Made by a program: the position numbers and the translations under genes. Source: Elusimicrobiota bacterium (GTDB taxonomy: Bacteria > Elusimicrobiota > Elusimicrobia > UBA1565). From it: a DNA stretch of 64,000 nucleotides. Shown piece by piece: positions 7,930 to 16,979 of this stretch; within the stretch, counting starts at the first letter, position 1, and each line of letters opens with the position of its first letter. The stretch lies in contig JBAZKS010000020.1 in NCBI GenBank assembly GCA_041650695.1, positions 9,364 through 73,363 on the forward strand. Reading direction: 5' to 3'. The notes beneath the pieces are model-generated. The model had not been told where the DNA came from. It saw nothing but the letters and a program-made list of their open reading frames with translations, and did not search any database.

Positions 7930-8003
7930 CGTTTACCCCCTGCCGGTCCATCCGTCAAGGGCGTCTTGCGAAATCCTGGGACATGGGCTATCTTTGACAG
8001 GAC

Positions 8004-8642
8004 ATGGAATTCACTCCGGTCTACTGGTTCATCCTGATAGGCGCCGTCGCGGCGTTCGCCATCGCGAAGCGGATGATGCAGGGCTGGCCCGACGAGTCCC
8101 GCAGGCGCCAGGACGCCGCCGAGCTCGGCTTCCGGTTCCTCGAGGCGCAGACCCCCGACTCCCCGGAGCCGGAGTTCATCCCGCGCCTCTACTCCGAGGC
8201 CGTCCACCTGCCGGGCACGCACTTCTCCTTTCACAACCATATGCGCAGGGAGGGCTCGGGCCGCGTGCTCCACGTCTTCGACCTGGCGGAGGAGCTGCGC
8301 TCCCGCCGCTCGAGCTCCCTGGAGAGCCTTCAGACCGCGGCCTTGTTCAAAGACGGCCGCGCGAGGTTCCCGGTGTTCATGCTGGCTCCCGGCATCCTGC
8401 GGCACGCCAAGCGCGTGGACCTGGATCTGCCGTTCTTGAAGAGGTACACCCTGCTGGCCGACGACAGCGCGGCCGCCGCGGACCTGTTCCTGGGCCGCCC
8501 GTCCGGCTTCCTGGAGGGGGAGGACGGCTGGACGCTCGAGGGAGCCGGCTCCTACGCCCTGCTCTTCCGTGACAGGAAGACGGAACCGGCGCTGCGCCCC
8601 TTCGTCCAGGCGGCCGAGAGGATCTTCGAGGGGCTGCTCTAG
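8004..8642 (+). CDS. Hypothetical membrane-anchored protein
   Basis: ATG start. N-terminal TM (VYWFILIGAVAAFAIA). The amino-acid composition is balanced, unlike the overlapping Arg/Pro-rich frames 7994..8572 and 7926..8651. No recognisable motif. Confidence 0.55.
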   Translation: MEFTPVYWFILIGAVAAFAIAKRMMQGWPDESRRRQDAAELGFRFLEAQTPDSPEPEFIPRLYSEAVHLPGTHFSFHNHMRREGSGRVLHVFDLAEELRSRRSSSLESLQTAALFKDGRARFPVFMLAPGILRHAKRVDLDLPFLKRYTLLADDSAAAADLFLGRPSGFLEGEDGWTLEGAGSYALLFRDRKTEPALRPFVQAAERIFEGLL

Positions 8643-8683
8643 GCCGGACAAATCGTCGCGCTGTCCGCCGGCGCCTTCGAGGC

Positions 8684-9442
8684 CTACCTCGGCAGGATGA
8701 AGAAGAACCGCGAGCCCTTGCCCGGCTCGCTCTCCACGCCGGCGGACCCGCCGTGGGCTTCCACGATGTGCTTGACGATGGCCAGGCCGAGCCCGGTGCC
8801 GCCGAGTTCCCGCGAGCGCGCCTTGTCCACGCGGTAGAAGCGCTCGAAGATCCTTTGCAGATGCTCCGTCGGGATGCCGGGGCCGGTGTCGCGCACCGAC
8901 ACCGCCACGCCGTCCTGCGAGGCCTGCGCGGACACGCGCACGGACCCGCCCTCCGGGGTGAACTTGATGGCGTTGTCGAGGAGGTTCGTGAGCACCTGCT
9001 TGAGCTGGCCGCGGTCCGCCTGCACGTCCGGCAGGTCGCCGAAGGGGTCGAGCCGGAGCGCGATGCGCTTGCGTTCGGCCAGGGGTTTGACGCCCGAGAC
9101 CACCTCGGAGGCGAGCCGCATGAGGGAGACGGGCTCCAGGGCCGGGAGGCGCCGCCCGGACTCGATGGCGGAGAGCTCCAGGAGATCGTCGACGAGGCGG
9201 GTCATGCGGTCCGCGTGCCGCTCGATCTCGAGCACGAACTCCATGCGGTGCTCCGCGTCGTCGAGAGCGCCGGAGCGCAGGGTCTCCGCGTAGGCCTTGA
9301 TGGAGGCCAGCGGAGTGCGCAGCTCGTGGGAGACGTTGGCCACGAACTCCTGGCGGAAGCCCTCGAGCCGCTTCAGGCGGTCGGCCATCTCGGGAGAGGC
9401 GGGGGCGGTCCCGCGGAGCCAGCGCAGGATATCCGAGAGCAT
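8684..9442 (-). CDS. Soluble histidine kinase (DHp + catalytic domain only, PhoR-like core)
   Basis: H box SHELRTPL, N box LLDNAIKF, G1 DTGPGI, G2 GGTGLGLAIV. The start is set at ATG 9442-9440, which shares one base with the regulator stop (TGATG). The longer track ORF (to 9637) would overlap the regulator gene. Confidence 0.85.
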   Translation of the reverse strand: MLSDILRWLRGTAPASPEMADRLKRLEGFRQEFVANVSHELRTPLASIKAYAETLRSGALDDAEHRMEFVLEIERHADRMTRLVDDLLELSAIESGRRLPALEPVSLMRLASEVVSGVKPLAERKRIALRLDPFGDLPDVQADRGQLKQVLTNLLDNAIKFTPEGGSVRVSAQASQDGVAVSVRDTGPGIPTEHLQRIFERFYRVDKARSRELGGTGLGLAIVKHIVEAHGGSAGVESEPGKGSRFFFILPR

Positions 9443-10125
9443 CAGTCGAGCCTTAGCCGGTAGCCCACGTTCTTGACCGTCACCACGCGGCCGCGCTCGG
9501 CTCCGAGCTTGTCGCGCAGGCGCGCCACGTGCTGGTCCACGGTGCGGGTGTCGATCTCCATGGAGCGGTCGTAGCCCCACACCTTCTCGAGGATCTGGTC
9601 GCGGGTCAGGGCCCTGCCCTGCGCCTGGATGAGGCACTTGAGGAGCTCGAACTCCTTGGAGCTCAGGGGCACGGGTTTCCCGCGGACCTTGGCCTCGTAG
9701 CGCTCGACGTCCACTTCCAGCGTCCCCGCCCGCACCGCGCCCCCGAGGACCCCGGCGTCCCGGGTGCGGCGCAGGATGGCCTTGACCCGGGCCAGGAGTT
9801 CGCGCACGCTGAACGGCTTGGTGACGTAGTCGTCGGCTCCGAGCTCAAGGCCGAGGACGCGGTCGAGCTCCTCCTTCTTCGCCGTGAGCATGAGGATGGG
9901 GGTCTTCGAGTGCCGGCGAACGGTCCGGCAGAACTCGAAGCCGTCGAGCTCCGGGAGCATGACGTCCAGGAGCACCAGGTCCGGAGACTCCCGGCGGAAG
10001 GCTTCCAGCCCGGCCTTGCCGTCCGAGGCCGCGGCCACGCGGTAGCCCTCTTTCTCCAGATTGTAGCGGAGCACGCGGACCAGGGACTTCTCGTCCTCCA
10101 CGATGAGTATCGTCTCGTTCGCCAC
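9442..10125 (-). CDS. OmpR/PhoB-family response regulator
   Basis: Receiver motifs: ILIVEDE, LVLLDVMLP, LMLTA, DDYVTKPF. A C-terminal winged-helix domain is present (LTRDQILEKVWG...VKNVGYRL). Confidence 0.93.
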   Translation of the reverse strand: MANETILIVEDEKSLVRVLRYNLEKEGYRVAAASDGKAGLEAFRRESPDLVLLDVMLPELDGFEFCRTVRRHSKTPILMLTAKKEELDRVLGLELGADDYVTKPFSVRELLARVKAILRRTRDAGVLGGAVRAGTLEVDVERYEAKVRGKPVPLSSKEFELLKCLIQAQGRALTRDQILEKVWGYDRSMEIDTRTVDQHVARLRDKLGAERGRVVTVKNVGYRLRLD

Positions 10126-10180
10126 GGCGCAACAGACGTTACGACATTTTGGGACGACGTTTCTATGCTATATTCCGACC

Positions 10181-12313
10181 GTGCCGACCACACTCAAGCA
10201 TCGGACCGCGCGCAAGACGTCCCCGGGGACGTTCTATCCTCTCGGAGCCACGCTCTCTGCCGAGGGCGTGAACTTCGCCTTGTATTCCCAGCATGCGAGC
10301 GAGGTGTACCTCCTCCTTTTCGACGAGCCGTCCGGCGAACCCACCGACGTCATCCGCGTGAAATGGCGCACCCGGTTCGTGTGGCACGTGTTCGTCCACG
10401 GGCTGCGCCCCGGGCAGCTCTACGGCTACCGGGTGCTCGGCGAGTTCAAGCCCGAGCGCGGGCTGAGGTTCAACAAGCACAAGCTGCTCATGGACCCCTA
10501 TGCCAAGGCCTTGACCGGGAAGTTCGTCAACAAGGACAACCTGCTCCTGGCCTACGACCCTCAATCCGCGGCCCGGGACCTCTCTTCGGACGCGCGGGAC
10601 GACGCGCGGGTCGTCCCCAAGAGCATCGTGGTCGACGGCGCCTTCGACTGGCAGGGCGACCGGCCGCCGGATGTCCCGTTGGACCGGCTCATCATCTACG
10701 AGACGCACGTGAAGGGCTTCACCGCACACCCTTCCTCCAAGGTCCGCAGGCCCGGGACCTACCTGGGCTTCGTGGAAAAGATCGACCACCTGCGCTCCTT
10801 GGGCGTGAACGCGGTGGAGCTCCTGCCGGTGCATGAGTTCTACGTCGAGGACCTCCTCCGCGAGCGCGGCTTGACGAACTACTGGGGCTACAACTCGGTC
10901 GGCTTCTTCGCGCCGGAGTCCTCCTACTCCTCGGGCGCGTTCCCGGGCTGCCAGGTCCCGGAGTTCAAGACGCTCGTGCGGGAACTCCACCGGGCCGGGA
11001 TTCTGGTCATCCTGGACGTGGTCTACAACCATACGGGGGAGGGGAACGAGTTGGGCCCCACGATCCACCTGCGCGGCATCGACAACCCGACCTACTACTC
11101 CCTGACGGGCACCGCGCACGAGCCCTTGCGCCACTACATGAACTACACGGGTTGCGGGAACAGCCTCAACGCCAATCACGCTCCCGTGCTGCGCCTCATC
11201 ATGGATTCGCTCCGCTACTGGGTCAAGGTCATGCACGTGGACGGGTTCCGATTCGACCTGGCCTCGGTGCTGGGCCGCGAGGGAGGGGGCTATCAGAAGA
11301 CCGCCTCGTTCTTCGACGCGGTCGCCCAGGACCCGGTGCTCAACCGCGTCCACCTCATCGCCGAGCCCTGGGACATCGGGACGTATCAGGTCGGCAATTT
11401 CCCGGTGGATTGGTCGGAGTGGAACGGCCGCTTCCGCGACACGGTCCGCCGCTTCGTGAAGGGCGACGGGGGCATGCTCTCGGAACTCGGGTGGAGGGTG
11501 AGCGGCTCCGCGGATCTCTACGGCGAGGACGGGAGGCATCCCTACCACAGCGTGAACTTCATCACCTGCCACGACGGGTTCACGCTCTGGGACCTGGTCT
11601 CCTACAGCCAGAAGCACAACGAGGCCAACGGCGAGGGCAACGCGGACGGCACGAACGAGAACAGCTCCTGGAACTGCGGCGAGGAGGGGGAGACGCGCGA
11701 CCGGGAAGTGCTCGCGCTCCGCAGGCGCCTGGCCAAGAACCATGTGTGCATGCTCCTGTTCTCCAGCGGTACGCCGATGCTCCTGGGGGGCGACGAGTTC
11801 CTGCGCTCTCAGCAGGGGAACAACAACGCCTATTGCCAGGACAACGAGGTGAACTGGCTGGATTGGCTCCAGGCCCAGAAGAACGCGGGCTTCACCGACT
11901 TCGTGCGCAAGGCCATCGCCTTCCGCAAGCGCACCTCGGTGCTGTGCCGCACGCACTTCCTGACCGGCGAGGACCGGGACCTCGACGCCATCCCGGACGT
12001 GTCCTGGTTCGGCAAGGACCTCGAGCCTCCGGTCTGGGACGACCCCGAAGGCCGTACCCTGTGCTGCATGCTGGACGCCGGCGAGGACGGCAAGGAGGAG
12101 GGCGAGTACCAGCTCTTCTTCATCCTCAACTCCGACCCCCACGACGCCCAGGTCCAGCTGCCTCCGCCGGCGGGGAAATGGCGCCGCGTCGTGGACACGT
12201 CCCTTCCCGCTGGAGAGGACTTCCTGGAACCTGGGCGGGAGGCGGTGGTCAAGGGGAGCGTGTACCGGGCGGTGTCCAGGAGCGTGGTCGTGTTGACGCG
12301 ACGTTCAGTGTGA
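10181..12313 (+). CDS. glgX: Glycogen debranching enzyme GlgX
   Basis: The N-terminus YPLGATLSAEGVNFALYS and GH13 motifs VILDVVYNHT, DGFRFDLA, EPWD, FITCHDGFTL are present. ATG 10103 would overlap the divergent regulator gene. GTG 10181 is preferred; it sits 6 nt after a TATATT box. The start remains uncertain. Confidence 0.9.
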   Translation: MPTTLKHRTARKTSPGTFYPLGATLSAEGVNFALYSQHASEVYLLLFDEPSGEPTDVIRVKWRTRFVWHVFVHGLRPGQLYGYRVLGEFKPERGLRFNKHKLLMDPYAKALTGKFVNKDNLLLAYDPQSAARDLSSDARDDARVVPKSIVVDGAFDWQGDRPPDVPLDRLIIYETHVKGFTAHPSSKVRRPGTYLGFVEKIDHLRSLGVNAVELLPVHEFYVEDLLRERGLTNYWGYNSVGFFAPESSYSSGAFPGCQVPEFKTLVRELHRAGILVILDVVYNHTGEGNELGPTIHLRGIDNPTYYSLTGTAHEPLRHYMNYTGCGNSLNANHAPVLRLIMDSLRYWVKVMHVDGFRFDLASVLGREGGGYQKTASFFDAVAQDPVLNRVHLIAEPWDIGTYQVGNFPVDWSEWNGRFRDTVRRFVKGDGGMLSELGWRVSGSADLYGEDGRHPYHSVNFITCHDGFTLWDLVSYSQKHNEANGEGNADGTNENSSWNCGEEGETRDREVLALRRRLAKNHVCMLLFSSGTPMLLGGDEFLRSQQGNNNAYCQDNEVNWLDWLQAQKNAGFTDFVRKAIAFRKRTSVLCRTHFLTGEDRDLDAIPDVSWFGKDLEPPVWDDPEGRTLCCMLDAGEDGKEEGEYQLFFILNSDPHDAQVQLPPPAGKWRRVVDTSLPAGEDFLEPGREAVVKGSVYRAVSRSVVVLTRRSV

Positions 12314-12318
12314 TTGTT

Positions 12319-12327
12319 TGGTAGAAT
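12319..12327 (+). promoter_or_regulatory. Extended -10 (TGgTAGAAT) upstream of tRNA-Arg
   Basis: TGGTAGAAT lies at 12319-12327, 19 nt before the tRNA 5' end. Confidence 0.45.
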
Positions 12328-12345
12328 GACAGAGCCGGACTCCAT

Positions 12346-12417
12346 GCGCCCATGGTGAAATGGATATCACAGCAGCCTCCGGAGCTGTAGGTCCAGGTTC
12401 GATTCCTGGTGGGCGCA
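12346..12417 (+). tRNA. tRNA-Arg (anticodon CCG)
   Basis: GCGCCCATGGTGAAATGGATATCACAGCAGCCTCCGGAGCTGTAGGTCCAGGTTCGATTCCTGGTGGGCGCA has acceptor GCGCCCA/TGGGCGC, anticodon stem GCAGC/GCTGT with loop CTCCGGA, and T arm CCAGG-TTCGATT-CCTGG. CCA is not encoded. Confidence 0.93.
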
Positions 12418-12638
12418 AGGATTTCCTCCTCTGCCTGACGGCCGCTCTCGTCCTGTGCGGCTGTTCCACCACTCCCCGGAGCGACCGGACCATCGACAGC
12501 GCCTACCGGGACTGCAAGAAGAAGGGCTACAACGAAGAGGAGTGCCAGCGGTCCTTGGGCTGCGAGCCGGGCCAATCCAAGAGGGAATGCCGGAAGGCGT
12601 TGCGGAACGTCTATCGGATCTGGCTCCTTGAATAGGAG

Positions 12639-15410
12639 CTAATCCCCCGTCGAGGAAACGAGTTCCTTCACCCGGTTGACCAGGGACTCCCAGTTCGCAT
12701 CCGGGCCTCCTCCCTGGGCGAAGTCCTTGCGCCCTCCTGCCTTGCCGTTCTGGAGCTGGGCCACGGCGCGTGCGATGGCCGAGGCGTCGAAGCCTTTCTC
12801 CACCAGGTCCTTGGTCACCCCGACCACGAAGGAGAGCCGGCCCTCGTCTTCGCTGCCGAGGAAGACGATGCCGGTGCCCATGTCGCGCTTGACCTGATCG
12901 GCGAGGGAGCGCAGGGTCTGGACCTCGGCCTGCTCGAAGCGCTGTACCGAGAGCTTCACCCCCCGGACCTCCAGGACCACCTGTCCCATCTTGGCCTGCT
13001 GGAAGAGGCTTTCGCGCTTCATGCCGTCGAGCTGGGCGCGCAGCTTCTTCTCGAGTTCGTTCATCCGGTCCAGGGCGCGGCGGAGCTCGTCGATGGGGGC
13101 GGTCTCCGGGTCCGGGATGCCGCGGACCACGTCGCGGAACGGCTTGCCGGAGACCGACTGGATCTTCGAGGTGATGATGATGTAGCGCTTGATGGCCTCG
13201 GTCAGCTGCTCGCGGAGCTTGACCTCCTCCGCTTGGCGCAGGTTCTCGATGGCCGCGCCGGCCACCGCCTCGATGCGGCGGATGCCGGCCGCGACGGAGC
13301 CTTCCTTCACGATGCGGAAGCTCTGCACCTCGGAGGTGCTCCCCACATGCGTCCCTCCGCAGAGCTCGAGCGAGTGCCGGTCGAGCGGATCGGAGAAGCC
13401 CTTGCGGCCGATGAGGACGAAGCGGGGCTTGTCCCCGTACTTCTCTCCCAGGAGCGTCACGGGCTTCAGGCGCTCCGTCTCGGCGGCGGGAAGCTCCTGC
13501 GTGGCGACGGGGAGATCGTCCCGGATGGCCTGATTGACCCGCTTCTCGACTTCGGCGAGCTGCTCGGGGCTCAAGGCCTTGGGATGGGTGAAGTCGAAGC
13601 GCAGGTGGTCCGGGCTGACCCAGGATCCCGCCTGGCGGACCGAAGGCCCCAGCACCGCGCGCAGGGCCGCGTTGAGCAGGTGCGTGGCGGTGTGGTGGCA
13701 GGCCGTGGTCTGCCGCCGGTGCGCGTCCACCTCGGCGCGCAGGCGCATGTGCGGCCGGATGACTTTGTGCGCGGTGACCCGGTGCACGATGAGGTCCGGG
13801 TGGGGCCGCTGCGTGTCGCGCACCACGGCCAGGAGCTTCTCGGTCACCTCGTCGACGAGGACGCCCGTGTCGCCGACTTGTCCGCCGCCTTCCGGGTAGA
13901 AGGGCGTGCGGGTGAGGATGATTTCGCCTTCGTCGCCCGGCTCGAGGGACTGCCCTGCGCCGGAGTCCTTGGCCTCCCCGCCGGATACGGCACGGATCCG
14001 GATGACCCAGGCGACCTGCGTGTCCGTGCTGAGCTTCCGGTGCCCCACGAACTCGGAGCGCATGCCCGGGTTCTCCTGGGCGATGCTCTCATAGTCCGAC
14101 TTGAGCGCCTCGCCCGAGCCTTTCCACCCGGCCCGAGCGGTCTCCACCGCGGACGTCTGGGAGGACTTGAACCCCTCCTCGTCCACGGAGACCCCGCTCC
14201 GGGAGCATATCTCGCGCGTGAGCTCGAGCGGGAAGCCGTAGGTGTCGTAGAGCTTGAAAGCGTCCGGCCCCGCGAGCACGCGGGGCTTGGCGTCCAGGAG
14301 TTCGCGCAGCGTGCGCTCCCCTTTTTCCAGGGTATCCAGGAACCGCTCCTCCTCGGCTCTCAGGGTGTCCTGTATCTGCGAGCGGGCGTCCTTGAGCTCC
14401 GGGTAGGCTTTCTGGAATATCTCCAGGGCCGGTCCGACCAAGGCGTGCAGGAAGGGCTCCTTGGCTCCGAGCAGGCGCCCGTAGCGCGCGGCCCGTCGGA
14501 TGAGGCGCCGGAGCACGTAGCCGCGCTCCACGTTCGAGGGGATGATGCCTTCCGCCGCGAGCATCACGGCGGCGCGCGTATGGTCGGAGATTATGCGCGC
14601 GGCGGTCTCGACATCGGGGTTCGCCCCTTCCGGGACGTCGAGCCGGCCCAAGGCGGCCGCGCGGATCGGCTCGAAGAGGGCCGTGCGGAATGGGCTCGGC
14701 TTGCCCTCGAGCACCATGGTGATGCGCTCCAGGCCCATCCCGGTATCGATGTTGCGGGCCGGCAGGGGCTTGAGGCTTCCGTCGGGCTGGCGGTCGGACT
14801 GCATGAACACGAGGTTCCAGAGCTCGATGTAGCGGTCCCCCTCGCCGCCGACCACGTCGTCCGATCCCGCGCCGAACTCCGGACCCAGGTCGTAGTAGAT
14901 CTCCGAGCACGGGCCGCAGGGCCCGGTCGGGCCCATGGCCCAGAAGTTGGTTTCCGCCCCGAGCCGCGCGGCGGGGTGGACGGCGCCGGCCTTCTTCCAT
15001 GCGTCCTCGGCTTCCGCGTCGTCCTGGAACACGGTGGGGTAAAGGCGCTGCGGGTCGAGCCCCGCGACGTTCGTCAGGAAATCCCAGGCGAAGTGGACGG
15101 CGTCCTGCTTGAAGTAGTCGCCGAACGAGAAGTTGCCCAGCATCTCGAAGAACGTGAGGTGCCGGATCGTGGCCCCGACCCTGTCGATGTCGCTGGTGCG
15201 GAAGCACTTCTGGCACGAGGTGGCGCGATCCGTCCCTTTCTTGACTCCGAGGAAGTAGGGCTTGAAGGGGACCATCCCGGCCGCGGTGAACAGCAGGGTC
15301 GGGTCTCCCTCCGGGATGAGCGGGCTCGAGGCGTGGATGTGGTGGCCCTTGCGGTCGAAGTAGCTCAGGAAAGTCTCGCGGATGTCGCTCACGCGCGAAG
15401 ATAATAGCAA
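12639..15410 (-). CDS. alaS: Alanine--tRNA ligase
   Basis: The N-terminus is DIRETFLSYFDRKGHHIHASSPLIPEGDPTLLFTAAGMVPFKPYFLG, followed by the editing-domain HHTATHLL..CGGTHV and a C-terminal DHHA1-like region. The track start 15410 is TTG; an in-frame GTG at 15392 is an alternative. Confidence 0.97.
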   Translation of the reverse strand: MLLSSRVSDIRETFLSYFDRKGHHIHASSPLIPEGDPTLLFTAAGMVPFKPYFLGVKKGTDRATSCQKCFRTSDIDRVGATIRHLTFFEMLGNFSFGDYFKQDAVHFAWDFLTNVAGLDPQRLYPTVFQDDAEAEDAWKKAGAVHPAARLGAETNFWAMGPTGPCGPCSEIYYDLGPEFGAGSDDVVGGEGDRYIELWNLVFMQSDRQPDGSLKPLPARNIDTGMGLERITMVLEGKPSPFRTALFEPIRAAALGRLDVPEGANPDVETAARIISDHTRAAVMLAAEGIIPSNVERGYVLRRLIRRAARYGRLLGAKEPFLHALVGPALEIFQKAYPELKDARSQIQDTLRAEEERFLDTLEKGERTLRELLDAKPRVLAGPDAFKLYDTYGFPLELTREICSRSGVSVDEEGFKSSQTSAVETARAGWKGSGEALKSDYESIAQENPGMRSEFVGHRKLSTDTQVAWVIRIRAVSGGEAKDSGAGQSLEPGDEGEIILTRTPFYPEGGGQVGDTGVLVDEVTEKLLAVVRDTQRPHPDLIVHRVTAHKVIRPHMRLRAEVDAHRRQTTACHHTATHLLNAALRAVLGPSVRQAGSWVSPDHLRFDFTHPKALSPEQLAEVEKRVNQAIRDDLPVATQELPAAETERLKPVTLLGEKYGDKPRFVLIGRKGFSDPLDRHSLELCGGTHVGSTSEVQSFRIVKEGSVAAGIRRIEAVAGAAIENLRQAEEVKLREQLTEAIKRYIIITSKIQSVSGKPFRDVVRGIPDPETAPIDELRRALDRMNELEKKLRAQLDGMKRESLFQQAKMGQVVLEVRGVKLSVQRFEQAEVQTLRSLADQVKRDMGTGIVFLGSEDEGRLSFVVGVTKDLVEKGFDASAIARAVAQLQNGKAGGRKDFAQGGGPDANWESLVNRVKELVSSTGD

Positions 15411-15524
15411 ACCTGGGCTGAAGAACGAATATGCCGGCCGGGATGCCGCCCGCGGCTTAACTATGGGGAACCTCGGATTTCCCAGTCTCCAATGAACCTT
15501 TCGCGACTGTTAATATGTCCATCA

Positions 15525-15553
15525 TTGACTTGACGGAATCCTTCTGCTACAGT
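15525..15553 (+). promoter_or_regulatory. Sigma70-type promoter TTGACT-17-TACAGT for the M23/bactofilin operon
   Basis: TTGACT (15525-15530) is followed by a 17-nt spacer and TACAGT (15548-15553). ATG 15568 lies 14 nt downstream, giving a very short untranslated leader without an SD. Confidence 0.45.
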
Positions 15554-15567
15554 AACGCGGGTCCGAA

Positions 15568-16533
15568 ATGAACCCCACCAAGAAGTTCTGGAGCCTCCTG
15601 AACCAGCAGGTGACCGTCATGGTCATCCCGCATCGGGACCTGCCGGCGCTCCGGCGGAGCTTTTCCGCCGCCTTCATCCTTTCCATGCTGACGCTTTGGC
15701 TGGGCATCACGCTTTGGGCCGCTTTCAAGGCGGGCCGCCATGTGGATTACTGGGTCACCAAGGCGGATAATATGGTCATCCGGGGCAAGATGACCTACAT
15801 GGCCGAGGAGATGGCCCGGTGGCGGGACATGCTGGAGATGGCGCGCGCCACGGACAAGCAGATGCGCATCCTCCTGGGGCTCGGCAGCCGCGAGCGCGTG
15901 CTCGGCACGGACGAGGCTTTGGGCGGCCCCAACGCATCGGACAAGAAGGTCCTCCGGAAGCTGCTGGCCGGCGACCTCACGGGCGTCTCGGACGCCCTGG
16001 TGCGGCGTTCCGTGGACGACCTGAGAGAGGAGTCGGAACGCCGCTTGGCGAGCTTCCAGGAGATCTCCTGGTACATCGCCAACGAGCGGTCGCTGTTCCG
16101 TTCCACGCCGTACCTATGGCCCGCCCAGGGGCACATCAGCTCGGGCTTCGGCTACCGGTTCTCGCCGGTCAACCTCAGCGACGACGGGGCCTTCAAGCAG
16201 TTCCACGAAGGGGTGGACATCGCCAACAAGCCGGACACGCCCATCGTGGCCACCGCGGACGGGGTGGTCCGGTATACCGGCTGGTTCAGCGGGTACGGGG
16301 TGATGGTCCTCATCGACCACGGCTTTGGATTCTCGACGGTCTACGCGCATGTCTCCAAGGCCACGGTGAAGGAAGGGGACAGGGTCGTGCGCGGGCAGCT
16401 CATCGCCTACATGGGCACGAGCGGCCGCTCCACCGGGAATCACGTGCACTACGAGGTCTGGAGGCACGGGCGGCCGACCAACCCGACGTCCTACCTCGAC
16501 ATGCGGCTCGACGGGCAAGAACCTCCGACTTGA
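15568..16533 (+). CDS. Membrane-anchored M23 (LytM-domain) metallopeptidase
   Basis: A TM (FILSMLTLWLGITLWAAF) and a coiled region precede the M23 motifs HEGVDI (HxxxD) and GNHVHYEV (HxH). Confidence 0.9.
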   Translation: MNPTKKFWSLLNQQVTVMVIPHRDLPALRRSFSAAFILSMLTLWLGITLWAAFKAGRHVDYWVTKADNMVIRGKMTYMAEEMARWRDMLEMARATDKQMRILLGLGSRERVLGTDEALGGPNASDKKVLRKLLAGDLTGVSDALVRRSVDDLREESERRLASFQEISWYIANERSLFRSTPYLWPAQGHISSGFGYRFSPVNLSDDGAFKQFHEGVDIANKPDTPIVATADGVVRYTGWFSGYGVMVLIDHGFGFSTVYAHVSKATVKEGDRVVRGQLIAYMGTSGRSTGNHVHYEVWRHGRPTNPTSYLDMRLDGQEPPT

Positions 16534-16541
16534 GGCGGATT

Positions 16542-16979
16542 ATGGGACTCCTAAGCAGGCGGGATTCGAACGACGGCAACGCCGAGATCACCACGACCAT
16601 CGGGCCGGAAGCCTATTTCCACGGCGTGGTGACGGTGCGAGGCTCTCTGAAAGTCGAGGGCGAGGTGGAGGGCAACATCCACGAGGCCCTCACCGTGGTG
16701 GTCGGCCGCAACGGCCGCGTGCGCGGGGATGTCTGCGCCGAGCACGTGGTCGTGGGCGGCAGCATCCAGGGGCATGTCGTGGCCTCCCACCAGCTGGAGA
16801 TACTCTCGGGGGGCAAGGTGCGCGGCGACATCAAGACTCCCAAGCTGCTCATCGAGGAGGGGGCCCTTTTCGAGGGGAACTGCGTGATGGGCGAGAAGGC
16901 CGAGGAGGCCGGCGGCTCCCCGCCCGAGGAGCCGGCCCAGGAGTCCCGGAGGGAGCCGGTCAAGGCGGCCCGTTCATGA
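16542..16979 (+). CDS. Bactofilin
   Basis: This lies inside track ORF 15819..16979; ATG 16542 is preceded by GAGG. It shows the repetitive beta-helix pattern typical of the bactofilin (DUF583) domain: FHGVVTVRGSLKVEGEVEGNIH..VVVGRNGRVRGDVCAEHVVVGGSIQGHVVASHQLEILSGGKVRGDI. The tail is acidic and Pro-rich. Confidence 0.85.
   Translation: MGLLSRRDSNDGNAEITTTIGPEAYFHGVVTVRGSLKVEGEVEGNIHEALTVVVGRNGRVRGDVCAEHVVVGGSIQGHVVASHQLEILSGGKVRGDIKTPKLLIEEGALFEGNCVMGEKAEEAGGSPPEEPAQESRREPVKAARS

Larger units (their letters stand above)
5726..7990. other. Low-G+C islet next to tRNA-Tyr (likely horizontally acquired; decayed toxin-antitoxin content)
   Basis: Base composition drops abruptly and visibly, becoming A/T-rich with different codon usage, from just beyond the tRNA-Tyr 5' end to about 7990. 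The islet contains an AbiEi-like fragment and a HipA-family gene. No integrase or direct repeats were identified. Confidence 0.5.

Noticed and set aside
7994-8651. Competing ORFs 7994..8572(+) and 7926..8651(-) at the right border of the islet.
   Set aside because: Both translate to Arg/Pro/Gly-rich strings. The frame 8004..8642 has an ATG start, a TM helix and a balanced composition.
10163-12142. Very long antisense or alternative-frame ORFs in the track. Examples: 10163..12142(-), 13233..15404(+), 17674..19458(-), 19358..20884(-), 24823..26496(-), 27073..28947(-), 29432..31270(+), 53274..54983(-), 54854..57547(-), 58269..60332(-).
   Set aside because: They lie opposite or out of frame to ORFs carrying unambiguous family motifs. 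Their translations are Arg/Gly/Pro/His/Ala-rich low-complexity strings typical of non-coding frames in high-G+C DNA. None shows a recognisable motif.
12360-12635. A 91-aa ORF after glgX with a lipobox-like LVLCGC and a Cys/Lys-rich tail (possible small lipoprotein).
   Set aside because: Its only ATG lies inside tRNA-Arg (12346-12417). Downstream of the tRNA there is no ATG/GTG/TTG start before the hydrophobic segment (only a CTG at 12435) and no SD. It may be a chance ORF, and is kept only as a low-probability candidate.
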